Assembly: GCA_965153355.1 (NCBI GenBank)
Contig: OZ231126.1
Coordinates: 40,300,001 to 40,364,000, forward strand
Source of the DNA: Flaccisagitta enflata
Taxonomy: Eukaryota
Reading direction: 5' to 3'
DNA length: 64,000 bases
Below are positions 22,494-34,194 of this stretch, one piece after another. The notes under the pieces were generated by a model, which made no database searches, was not told where the DNA came from, and saw nothing but the letters and a program-made list of their open reading frames with translations. The first letter of the stretch is position 1; each line of letters opens with the position of its first letter. A program made the translations under genes and the position numbers.

Positions 22494-25400
22494 GGGCCTT
22501 ATAGGGCTTTAAAGGGCCTTCCTGAAAGGGCCTTCCTTAATGGGCCCTAAAGGGCCTTAAAGGGCTTTAAAGGGCCTTGAAAAGCCCTAACGGACCTTAT
22601 AGGGCCTTAAAGGGTCTTAAAGGGCCTAAAAGGGCCTTAGAGGGCCTCAAAGGGCCTCAAAGGGCCTTAAAGGGCCTCAAAGGGCCTTCTTCCTTAAAGG
22701 GCCTTATAGGGCCTTGAAGGGCCTTAAAGGGTCTCATAGGGCCTTAAAGGGCCTTAAAGGGCCTTAAAGGGCCTTAAAGGGCCTTCCTTAGAGGGCCTTA
22801 AAGGGTCTTAAAGGGCCTTAAAGGGCTTCAAAGGGCCTTAAAGGGGCTTAAAGGGCCTTAAAAAGCCTTTCTTAAAGGCCTTCCTTAAAGGGCCTCAAAG
22901 GGCTTTAAAGGGTCTAATAGTCGCAAAAGCGTTAGATGGTCAGCGGAACCCGTTGCCCCTATGTGAGTGTATGTGGGTGTAAGGTGGTTAGAGGGGCAGC
23001 GGCCCCGAAGGGGCCGATGACCTATGCTGCTGTTATTTGGGCCTCAAGGATGGAATTAGGACCTGGAGGCTGGAATTGGGGCCTTGAGGCTTGGATAAGG
23101 GCCTTGAGGCTGGGATTTGAGCTTCAAGGCTGTGATTTCAGCTTCAAGGCTGAGATTAGAGCTTCGAGGCTGGGATTTGAGCTTCGAGGCTGGGATCTGA
23201 GCTTTGAGGTTGGGATTTGAGCTTTGGGGGTGGGATTTGAGCTGAAGCGGATTTGAGCCGAATTAGATTTGACTTCGGCTCTGATTTGTGCCTTGAGCCT
23301 AAGGGCTGGGATTTCAGCCTCTAGGCTGGGATTTAGCCTGGAGACTGAGACTTGACCTCAAGGCTGGGATTTGAGCTTTGAAGGATTTGAGCACAGTTAA
23401 TCTGGCCCTTGAGACTATAGATTTTGGGCCTTGAAGGGCGGGGACGAGGGAGAAGAAGAAGGAGAAGAAGGAGAAATTTTATACATGAGTTCATAGGTCA
23501 CCGGCCCCTTCGGGGACGCTGCCCAAAAGGGCCTTAAAGGGCCTTAAATGGTCTTAAAGCTATTGGCCTTAAAAGGGCCTTAAAGGGCCTTAAAGGGCCT
23601 CAAAGGGCCTCCCGGTCTTCTCCTTAGAGGGCCTTGTCATTTTAAATACCTTAAATATCTTAGATGGCCTTAAAGGGCCTTAAAGGTCTTTAAAGGGCCT
23701 TCCTTGTGCCATTCCTCTCCTGAAATACTCTGCTATTTTTAGTAATCTTTAGTTACCTTTTGCAAGCATCTTTAAAGGTCTCTCAAAGGGCTTTCCTGAT
23801 AGCCTAATAGGGCCTAAAGGCTCAAAGGTCTGGTAGGGTCTTTTAAAAGGTCTTAACATATCGCCCAAGGGGCACACAGGTCAAGATGGGACTGCTGTTC
23901 TGCTTCTTTGAGTGATTAATTGAGTAGTGTGGTGTTGGTGGCCCGAAGGGGACCCATGTCCTGCAGAAACAGGAATTTCTTTTGTTCGTCCCATGCCTGA
24001 ATAAGGATGGAGATGTTGACTGAAGGCCCTCAAGAGCCTCAACTGAGGTCTAAGAAGGCTCCTGAGAATGTCAATTGGAAGCTTGAGAAAGCTGGCCCTG
24101 AGACTCTGGATTTGAGGCCTGAGAAGCCTACACTATGAGGCCTGAGAGGCCAAGCTTGAAGCCTCCGAGAGGTTGGATCGAGGCCTGAGAGGCTGGATTT
24201 TGAGGCCTGAGAGGCCGGGATTTGAGGTCCCAGCGCCCAGATTGAGGCCTGAGGGGCCCAATGAGGGGGAGGGGGACGAACGTGACCAACGTGACAAACG
24301 AACTAATCCAACGGTAACGCAAAGTCCCCTTGCAGCCCCACAGACACTGCCCTCTTCGGCCGCAGCTCAAAGGCCTTAAAGGGTCCAGCATTTTCCTTGA
24401 AGGGCCTAATAGGGCCTGCGGCCTTAAAGGGTCTTATAGGCCCTAGTGCCCTAAAAGGGCCTTGAAGGGCCTGAAAGGGCCTTCCCAAAGGGCCTTCCCG
24501 AAAGGGCTCAAAAGCCTTAAAAAGCCTTAAAGGGCCTTAAAGGGCCTTAAAGGGTCTTAAAGGGCCTTAAAGGGCCTCAAAGGGCCTTCCTTAAAGGGCC
24601 TTATAGGGCGCTGAAGGGCCTTAAAGGGTCTTATAGGGCCTTAAAGGGCCTTAAAGGGCCTTAAAGGGCCTTAAAGGGCCTTAAAGGGCCTCAAAGGGCT
24701 TTAAAGGGCCTTAAAGGGCCTTGAAGGCCTTAAAGAGCTCTCCTTAAAGGGCCTTCTCCTAATGAATCTTAATGGCCCTCAGCTAGCCTTAAAGTGCTTG
24801 AAGTGCCTTGTATACCTTCCTAAAGGGTTTTCATCGGGCCTTACTTTAGCGTCATAAAGCACCCTTCCTGCTGCCTTCCCTGGCCCCAAAGGGCCTCAGC
24901 GCCTTGGCTGGCCTTTTAATAATGCTGAGGTATCTAACTGGCCTAGTCTTAGTTTTTTTAGGTTAATTTCATAATTTCTTTTTTAAGGCCCCAAAGCGCC
25001 TCTCCCAAAGGGCCTCGCTAGCGGGCCCCGCTAGCTGGGCCTTAAATGGCCTAAAGGCCTTAAAGGGCCTTAGCTGGGCCTAATGACCTTCCTTAAAGGG
25101 CCTTAAAGGGCTTAGCGGCCTTGAAGGCCTTAAAGGGCTCCTCAGTGGCCCCTCCCAGTGGTCGTCTCAAAGGGCCTTTTTAAAGGCCTTGAAGGGCCTT
25201 ATAGCGGCTTCTTAAATGGGCTTCCTTAAAGGGCCTTAAAGGCCCTTTAAGGCCTCAAAGGATCCCTTCCTCAAAAGGGTCTTCCCTTAAAGGGCCCAGT
25301 TGGCTTTTAAAGGGCCTTAAAGGGCTTCTTTAAATATCTTTAAAAGTCTCAGCATTTCCTTGCTGGCCTTCCTTAATGGCCTAAAAGGCCTTGTATGTCT

Positions 25401-26295
25401 TAAAAGACTTTAGTTGTATCTTGAAGGGCCTTAAAGGGCCTTAAAGGGCCTTAAAGGGCCTTAAAGGGCCTTCTCCTTAAAGAAGCTCAGTCCATAAGGG
25501 TCTTAAAGGCTTTTAAAGGTCTGAAGGCTCTTTTAAAGGCCTTATAGCCTTCTTCTCAGAGGGCCTTCCTTAATGGGCCTTAAGGCTCCTTTTAAAGGGC
25601 CTTTTTAGAGCAAATTAAAGGGCCCCAGCTGGCCTTAAAGTTAATTTTTGAAATATCTTCCCTAAAGGCCTTCCTAATGGGCCTTAAAGCATCTCAAAAG
25701 GTCTTTTTTTTAGTATTTTTAATAACATAAGTAAATCTTCCTTAAAGGCCTTCAATCTCAAAGTACCTTCGTGCTGGCCTTTAAGGGCTTCTTTAAAGGG
25801 TTTTGAGGCCCTAACGGCCTTAAAGGCCATAACGTGCCTAGTTAGCTCAAAGGGCCCTTTTTTTTTTTTAAGGGCCCCTAAGGGCCTCCTTAAAGGGCCT
25901 TCGTTAAAGGGCCTTCCAAGGGCCTTAATGGCCTAAAAGGTCTTAAAGGGCCTGCATGAAGGTCTCAAAGGGCCTTAAAGGGTCACAAAGGACCTTCCTT
26001 AAAGGGCCTTGAAGGGTTTTTAAAGGGCCTTAAAGGGCCTTAAAGGCCTCAAAGGGCCTTCTCAGCGTCGTCCCAAGCCCTTAAAGGCCTTAAAGCGCCC
26101 AAAGGGCCTCCTTAAAGGCCTTCCTTGCTGGGCCTGAAGGCCTTTGGCGGTCTCTAAAGGACCTCTCAAAGGGCCTTCCTTAAAGGGCCTTAAAGGGCTT
26201 TGAAGGGCGTTAAAGGGCCTTAAAGATCCTTAAAGGGCCTTCATGGGCCTTAAAGGGCCTTGGAGGCCCTGAAAGGGTCTTAAAGGGCCTTAAAG
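22494..26295 (-). repeat. TAAGGCCCTT satellite, reverse orientation, interrupted by HINEs; partly garbled
   Basis: (AAGGGCCTTA)n; many indels between about 23550 and 26200. Confidence 0.85.
22917..23528 (-). mobile_element. HINE family B copy, near-identical to 1541-2175 over its first ~320 bp
   Basis: Spurious ORFs 1871..2155(-) and 22936..23220(+) differ at one residue; same termini. Confidence 0.85.
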
Positions 26296-26850
26296 GTCGC
26301 CTGGGATGGGCAATATGTGGTCAGCGATACCCGTGTCTCTGCTTTGAGTGATTGCGACTTGGAGCGAGGGGCAGCAGGGCAGCGTCCTGGAAGGGGACGA
26401 AGTCCTGTAGAACACAGGACTTTCTCGTCGTCTCTGCCCGAACAAAGATGAGAGATGTTATAGAGGGCTGACGGGAAGCTTTCAAGAGCCTAAAACTGAG
26501 GTCTGAGAAGGCTGATAAGGTGGCAGAGATCACACCAGAAGTTTTCTGAGAGGCTGGACTTGAGGCTTGAGACAGCTGGTTTAAGGCTTGAAAAGTTAGA
26601 GCCCTGATTTGAAGCCTGAAGTTTAGATGGTTGATTTGAGGCCTGAGAGGCCTTATTTGAGGCCTGAGAGGCCAGGTCTGAGGCCTAAGAATTTGGATTT
26701 GAAGCCTGAGAGGCCTAATATGAGGCTTGAGAGGCCAGGTTTGAGGCCTGAGAAGTTGGATTTGAGGCCTCAGAGGCCAGATTTGAGGCCTGAAAGGCTG
26801 GATTCGACGTCTGAGAGGCTGGATTTGAGGCCTGAGAGGCTGGAAGACCT
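26296..26850 (-). mobile_element. HINE family C copy, 5' part missing
   Basis: GGGCAATATGTGGTCAGCGATACCCG ... AGGGGACGAAGTCCTGTAGAACACAGG followed by 21-bp GATTTGAGGCCTGAGAGGCC repeats. Confidence 0.65.
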
Positions 26851-29578
26851 TTTAAGGCCCTTGAAGACCCTTTAAGGCCCTTTAAGGCCCTTTAAGGACC
26901 TTTAAAGCCTTTAAGGCCCTTTAAGGCCCTTTGAGGCCCTTTAAGGAAGGCCCTTTAAGGCCCTTTAAGCCATTTACGGCCTTTTAAGGCCCTTTAAAGC
27001 CCTTTAAGGCCCTTCAAGGCACTTTAGGGAAGACCCTTTTAGGAAGGCCCTTTGAGGCCCTTTAAGGCCATTTGAGGCCCTTTAAGACCCTTTAGGCCCC
27101 TTCAAGGCCCTTCAAGGCCCTTAGGCCCAACTGAGGCCCTTTGAGACTTGGAGGCCCCTTTGAGGCCCTTTCAGACCATAAGGCCCTTTAATTCCTTTAA
27201 GGCCCTTTAAAGAGGCCTTTAAGGAAGGCCTTTTAAGGCCCTTTAAGGACCCTTTAAAACCCTTTTGGGCTAACACAAAAAGGCCCTTTAAGGCCCTTCA
27301 TTCCCTTTTGAACCCAGTGGCTGAAAGGGAGCTGGAGTGATCTATCTTTGTTCACTCAGGGAAATTTCTCCTCCTTCTCCTTCTCCTTCTCATGCCCCCT
27401 CAGGCCCAAATCCTAGTCTCGAGACCCAAATCTGCTTCGAGGCTCGTCCACTTCAAAAGCTCCGTCCCAGCCTTGAGGCTCAAATCTCAGTCTCCAGGCT
27501 AAAATCCCAGCCCTTAGGCTCAAATCCCAGCCTTGAAGCTGCAATCCCAGCCTCAAGGCCCTGATCCAAGCCTCAAAGCCCTAATTTCAGCCTCAAAGCC
27601 CTATTTTTATCCTCGAGGCCCAAATAAAAACAGCATAGGTCACCGGCCCCTTTGGGGCCGCTGCCCTTCTAACCACCTCACACCCACATACACTCACATA
27701 GGGGCAACGGGTACCGCTGACCATCTAACGCTTTTGCGACTATTAGGCCCTTTAAGGAAGGCCCTTTGTGGAAGGCCCTTTGAGGCCCTTTAAGGCTCTT
27801 TGAGCCCCTTTTAGGCCCTTCAAGGCCCTTTAAGGCCCTTTAAGGCCCTTTAAGGCCCTTTAACGAAGGCTCTTTAAGGAAGGCCCTTTAACGAAGGCTC
27901 TTTAAGGAAGGCCCTTTGAGGCCCTTAAAGGCCCTTTAAGGCCCTTTAAGACCCTCTAAGGCCCTTTAAGGCCCTTTAGGCCCTTTAAGGCCCTTTTAGG
28001 CCCTTTAAGGTCCTTTAAGGCCCTTTAAGGGCCATTAGGGCCATTCAAGGCCTTTTAAAGCCCTTTAAGGCCCTTTAAGGCCCTTTAAGGTCCATTAAGG
28101 AAGGCCCATTAAGGAAGGCCCTTAAGGCCCTTTCAGGCCCATTAAGGAAGGCCCTTTAAGGAAGGCCCTTTAAGACCCTTTAAGGCCCTTTAGGGCCCTC
28201 AAGGCCCTTTAAAGCCCTTTTAGGCCCTTTATGGCCCTTTAAGGCCCATTAAGGAAGGCCCTTTTAGGAAGGCTCTATACGGCCCTTTAAGGCCCTTTAA
28301 GGCCCTTTAAGACCCTTTAAAGCCCTTTAAGGCCCTTTAAGGCCCTTTAAGGCCCTTTAGGGAAGGCCCTTTAAGGCCCTTTAAGGCCCTTTAAGGCCCT
28401 TTAAGGCCCTTTATGCCCTTTAAGGCCCTTCAAGGCCCTTTAAGGAAGACCTTTTGAGGAAGGCCCTTTGAGGCCCTTTAGGGCCCTTTAGGGCCCTTTA
28501 AGGCCCTTTAAGGCCCTTTATGGCCCTCTAAGGCCCTGTAAGGCCCTTTTAGGCCCTTTAAAGCCCTTTGAGGCCCTTTAAGGAAAGCCTCCAAGAAAGG
28601 CCGTTTAAGGCCCTTTAAGGCCCTTTAAAGCCCTTAAAGGCCCTTTAAGACCCTTTATGGCCCTTTAATGAAAGCCCTTTCAAGCCCTTTAAGGCCCTGT
28701 AAGGCCCTTTAAGGCGCTATAAGACCCTTTAAGGCCCTTTAAGGCCCTCTAAGGAAGGCCCTTTGAGGCCCTTTAAGGCCCTTTAAGACCTTTCAAGCTC
28801 CTTTAAGACCCTTTAAGGCCCTTTAAGGCCCTTTAAAGCCCTTTAAGGCCCTTTAAGGAAGGCCCTTTAAGGCCCTTTAAGGCCCTTTAAGGCCCTTTAA
28901 GGCCCTTTAAGGAAGGCCCTTTAAGGCTGTTTAAGGCCCTTTAAGGCCGTTTAAGGCCCTTTAGGGCCCTTTAAGGCCCTTTAAGGGAGGCCCTTTAAGG
29001 CCCTTTAAGGCCCTTTAAGGTCCTTTAAGGCCCTTTAAGGCTCTGTTAGGCCCCTTACAGCCCTCTAAGGCCCTTTAAGGCCTTTAAAGACCCTTTAAGG
29101 CCCTCTAAGGCCCTTCAGAACCCTTCAAGGCCCTTTAAAGCCCTTTAAGGCCCTTCAATGCCCTCTAAGACCCTTTAAGGAAGGCCCTTTAAGGAAGGCC
29201 CTTTAAGACCCTTTAAGGCCCTTTAAAGCCTTTTAAGACCCTTTAAGGCCCTTTAAGGAAAGCCCTTTGAGGAAGGCCCTTTGAGGCCCTTTAAAGCCCT
29301 TTAGACCCTTTAAGGCCCTTCAAGGCCCTTATAGACCCTTTAAGGCTCTTTAAAGCCCTTTTAGGCCCTTTAAGGCCCTTTAAGGCCCTCTAAGGAAGGC
29401 CTTTAAGGAGGGCCCTTTAAGGCCCTTTAAGGCCCCTTAAGGACCTTTAAGGCCCTTTAAGGCCCTCCAAGGCCCTTTAAAGTCCTTTAAGGCCATTAAG
29501 GCCCTTTAAGGCCCTTTAAGGAAGGCCCTTTAAGGAAGGCTCTTTTTGGCCCTTTAAGGCCATTTAAGGCCCTTTAGG
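26850..29578 (+). repeat. TAAGGCCCTT satellite, forward orientation, with a HINE-B copy at ~27310-27744
   Basis: Direct inspection. Confidence 0.92.
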
Positions 29579-29860
29579 CTGTTTTCATGGTCTTTCGGAA
29601 GACGCCCTTAAAAACATGTAAAATTGAGAATTCGGTTTTAAGCTTTGAACGATACATCATTGGAAAGCCCATCGAATTTCCATTAATAAAATAACCTTGG
29701 CTAACGTTAGCGGTGTGTCGTAAAAGCATAATTTCCTTATCCCTGTATGATATCAAATCATCGGTTTTGTGATGAAACTTACTGAAATTTGGGTAAAAGA
29801 TGGAGAAAACGATGGACAGCTACAAAACTTGTGCGTGGGAGACGGAATAGGTGAAGAAAA

Positions 29861-30045
29861 AACAAGGCCGGATACACGGCTACCAAAGTCGCGTGTGGAT
29901 GGGCAGGGGCCATATTTGAGGTCACCAGACCATTTAGGCAGGAGCAGTGAGGTCAGAGAAATAAAATCATAAAAAAAAGTAAAGTGACCGACAGACCGAC
30001 AGACGGACAAAGCGGGTTGTAGAGTCGCGTGCACGCGACTAAAAA
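29861..30045 (-). mobile_element. HINE family A copy
   Basis: AACAAGGCCGGATACACGGC ... AGTCGCGTGCACGCGACTAAAAA. Confidence 0.8.
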
Positions 30046-31077
30046 GGAGGGGAAGAAGTAGAAGAAGAAGAAAGAAGAAGAAGAAGAAGAAGAAGAAGAG
30101 ATGATCAAAAAAGAAGACCAAGAAATAGAACAAGAAGAAGTATACAATGAAGGGGCCGAGTAGAATTGCACAATAAAATAAGGGACAGAAGTTACAGAAG
30201 AAGAAGCTGAAGAAGAAGAAGAAGAAAAAGAAGAAGAAGAAGAAGAAGAAGAAGACAAAGAAGAAGACGAAGAAGAAGAAAAAGAAGAAGAAGAGAGAAG
30301 GGGAGAGATAATTAAAGTTTTACCATGCTACAAACGCAATCCTTAGGGTTGACAGCCGCTCAGATGATATAATCATGCTCAATCGCCTTGAAAGTCACTG
30401 CATACCCGTTCTGCTACCTCGTTACACTTAATAGTGTGAATATAGGTCATACATCGAATCGAATCGAAATGTGGTGCTTCACATAGCTGAAATTGGGAGT
30501 TTTCCTCTACCCCTCTTACGTAAAATGATGGAGAGAAAAATCATGAAGATGATTCTACACCCCGCTTTGTCCGTCCATTGGTTGGTCGGTCGGTCGGTCG
30601 GTCGGTCGGTCGGTCCCCATTTTACTTTTTTTATTAGTCTTATTTCTTCAAGTCGTTTTAGGGTAAACTAAGTTATTCTAAGTCATTCAAAGTCATTCTA
30701 AGTCATTCTGAGTCAAGATGTAGCACCTGGATTGCCGTGTATCCGGCCTTTTCTTTTGGCTTCTCATTCTTCGTCATTTACATCATCCTCTTTTTCTTGA
30801 CTTATACATCGTCAACATCGTAATCGTTGACTTAGTTATCATCGTTATGGTTATCATCGTTGTCTTTGTCATCAAAATCATCTTCGCATTTGTCTTCATA
30901 GTCACGATCTTCATATTTTTCTTCTTCTTCTTCTTCTTCTTCTTCTTCTTCTTCTTCTTCTTCTTCTTCTTCTTCTTTTTCTTCTTCTTCTCTTTAGTCG
31001 CGTGCTACGACTCTACGACTACACCCCGGTGTGTCGGTACGTCGAACGGTCCGTCTGTCACACTACCTTTTTTGGTT

Positions 31078-32775
31078 TTTTGGGCAGCGGTCCCAAAGGG
31101 GACGAAGTCCTGTAGAACACAGGGGGACGTTCGTTCGTCCGTTCGTTAGTTCGTTAGTTTGTCCGTTCATCCCCCCCATCAGGCTCCCCAAGCCTCAAAT
31201 CTGGCCTCTGAGACCTCAAATCTGGCCCCTCAGACCCCAAATCTGGCCTCTTAGGCCTCAAATCCGGCCTCTCAGGCCTCAAATCAAGCCTCAGGCCTCA
31301 AATCCGGCTTCTCAGGCCTCAAATCCAACCTCTCAGGCCTCAAACCTGGCCTCTCCGGCCTCAAATCAGGCTTCTTAGGCTTCAAATCCAAATCCTCATG
31401 CCTCAAACCTAGCCACTCAGGCCTCAAACTAGGCCTCTCTGGCCTCAAGTCAGCTATTTAAGCCTCAATTTATTGCTCTCAGGCTTTAAATCAGTCCTCT
31501 GATCTTTCAAGCCCTAATCCAGCTCTCTTATGCCTCAAGTCAGCCCTCCCATCTTCCAATAGGCAGCAGCCTTCTTAGACTTCAGGTTAGGATCTAGAAG
31601 GCCTTCAGCCAGCCCTCTATCGCATCTCATCCACTTCTGCAGGCACGACGAACGAAAGTCCCCCTGTGTTCTACAGGACTTTGTCCCCTTCGGGGCCACT
31701 GCCCTGCTTCCCCTCACTTCAAATCACAATCACTCAAAGCAGGGCAACGGGTATCGCTGACCACATATTGCCCTTGGGTGACCTGTTTTTTGGGCAGCGG
31801 CCCCGAAGGGGACGATGTCCTGTAGAACACAGGGGACTTTCGTTCGTGCGTTCGTTCGTGCGTCCCCCCCCTTATTGGGCCCCTCAGGCCTCAAATCTGG
31901 GCACTGAGACCTCAAATCTGACCTCTCAGGCCTCAAATTCAGCCTCTCAGGCCTCAAATCCAGCCTCTCAGGCCTCAAATCCAGTCTCTCAGGCCTCAAA
32001 TCCAGCCCCTCAGGCCTCAAATCCAGCCTCTCAGGTCTCAAATCCAGCCTCTCAGGCCTCAAACCTGGCCTCTCAGGCCTCAAATTAGGCTTCTCCAAAT
32101 TCTTCAAACCTGGCCTCTCAGGCCTCAAATTAGGCTTCTCTAAATTCTCAGGGCCAGCTATCTCAAGCTTCCAATTGATATTCTCAGGCCTTACATCAGC
32201 CTTCTTAGACCTCAGTTAAGGCTCCTGAAGGCCTTCAGTCAGCATCTCATCCACTTCTTGAGGCAGGAAAAACAAAATTCCCCCTGTTCTACAGGACATC
32301 GTCCCCTTCGGGGCCGCTGCCCTGCTTCCCCTCACTCAAATTCACAATCACTCAAAGCAGGGCAACGGGTATCGCTGACCACATATTGCCCTTGGGCGAC
32401 CTGTTGTTTGTTCGTACTTTGGTACCCCCATGCGTTCACAGGCCTGATATCGGCCCTCTCAGGCCTTGTATCTGTCCTCTCAGGCTTTGTATCTGTCCTT
32501 TCAGGCATGAAATCTGCTCTCTCAGGTCTAAAATCTGTCCACTCAAGGCCTGTGAGGACAGATTTCAGGCCTTAAGAGGTAGATTTCAGGCCTGAGAGCG
32601 CTGATTACAGGCCTGTGAGGGCCTGGGAGGAACGGATAGATGAATGGACGAACAAAAGTCCCCCTATGTTCTACAGGACTTTGTTCCCTTCGGGCCGCTA
32701 CCCTGCTTCCTCTCAATCCAATTCCCAATTTTGCAAAGCAGGGCAACGGGTATCGCTGACCACATATTGCCCTAT
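31078..32775 (+). mobile_element. Head-to-tail cluster of HINE family C copies (31078-31787, 31788-32405, partial third)
   Basis: ~55-60-bp subterminal inverted repeats GGGCAGCGGCCCCGAAGGGGACG..CCTGTAGAACACAGGGG; 21-bp internal repeats; 3' GCCCTTGGG(C/T)GACCTGTT. Confidence 0.8.
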
Positions 32776-32861
32776 TTCTCACTTCACGGAGGATCTGAAA
32801 AGAAAGTGCCCGAATTTGTTTGTGAGCCACTTTTTTTTAGTTTCTTTTTTATGTTGATGCG

Positions 32862-32913
<52 letters not shown>

Positions 32914-34194
32914 CATTGTTGTTGTCGTCATCGTTGTCCTCGTCGTCGTAGCCGCTGTCATCAGCCTCATCGTTGCATTAGTTTTGTCATATTAGTTATC
33001 CATGTCATCTTATTCATCACCATCATCATCATCGAGGTCATCGTAATCGTCGTTGTCGTCGTTGACGCTGTCGTCGTTGTCGTAGTCGTCGTTGTAATTG
33101 TCATCGTTGTCATCATCATCCTCACCATCGTTTTAGTTTTGTCATAGATATCAACGTTGTCTTTGTCATCATTATTATCTTTGTATTTGTCTTCTTCTTC
33201 TTTTCTTCTTCTTCTTCTTCTTCTTCTTCTTCTTCTTCTTCTTCTTCTTCATTCTTCTTCTTCTTCTCTTTTTCTCTTTCTTCTTCTTCTCTTTTTCTTT
33301 TACTTCTTCTTCTCTTCCTTCTTCTCTTCATACTCGAGAAATAGGGCTAATAGAATCGCATTGGCTCGCGCGCTTTTTTCTCAAGATACTGAAAATCTGA
33401 AAAGAAAGTAACGGAATTTGTTAACACCATTACTAGCATCGCACAGAAACTTTTTCACTTCTCTGGAACGGGTGAAGCGAATATCTTGTAATTTTGGGTT
33501 CTGACATAAAATTCGATGCTTTTTCAAGTCATGTTAAAAAAATTTCACTCAAAGAAGAAGAAAACTATGTTAACCACTATGATACACAGCGTAACGCGAT
33601 CGTAACAGGGTGTTAACAAAATCCGTCACTAGTTAATTTTTTTTATATCTCTGGCTTGAATTGACATGAAGGTCTGAAATTTGGCATGAAACCTGGTTTA
33701 TGTCTGTACTAAATATGGGTCAACCATTTTTTCCTTTTTCGGCCCTCAAAGTATGATTAATTGGGTATAGCATACTGCTATGTATGAAAATGAGAAAATT
33801 GTCTTTTAGGACTAATTTACTATGAGTGAAATTTTTCCATAGTAAACGACGGCCGATCATCACCAAATTTTTGGTGCTTCTTTAGGGATTGCAAATGTAA
33901 AGAAATGACCAAAGCAAGGGGGGGTTTGGCAATTTTTTCATGTCTTTTACATTGATGATATGAAGTGGGACACAAGTGTGACATAGAAAATGGGCTGTTT
34001 TGGCACTAATTTGAGCCACCTAACCTATCAAAATCTTGAGTATGAAGGATGTATGTAGGGTACTTGGTCTAATGTGATGTCTAGGAACAGTTTTCATCAT
34101 CAACGAAATGATTGGTGGGACGAAACTATGTTTCATTGCCCACCATATCATGGATTTCAGCGTGGCCTGTTGTGTAATGACGCTGGTGCTGGGC

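Noticed and set aside
23240-27500. Apparently hyper-diverged satellite and HINE copies
   Set aside because: Abrupt switches between perfect and indel-ridden sequence suggest a low-accuracy long-read consensus; not interpretable without reads.
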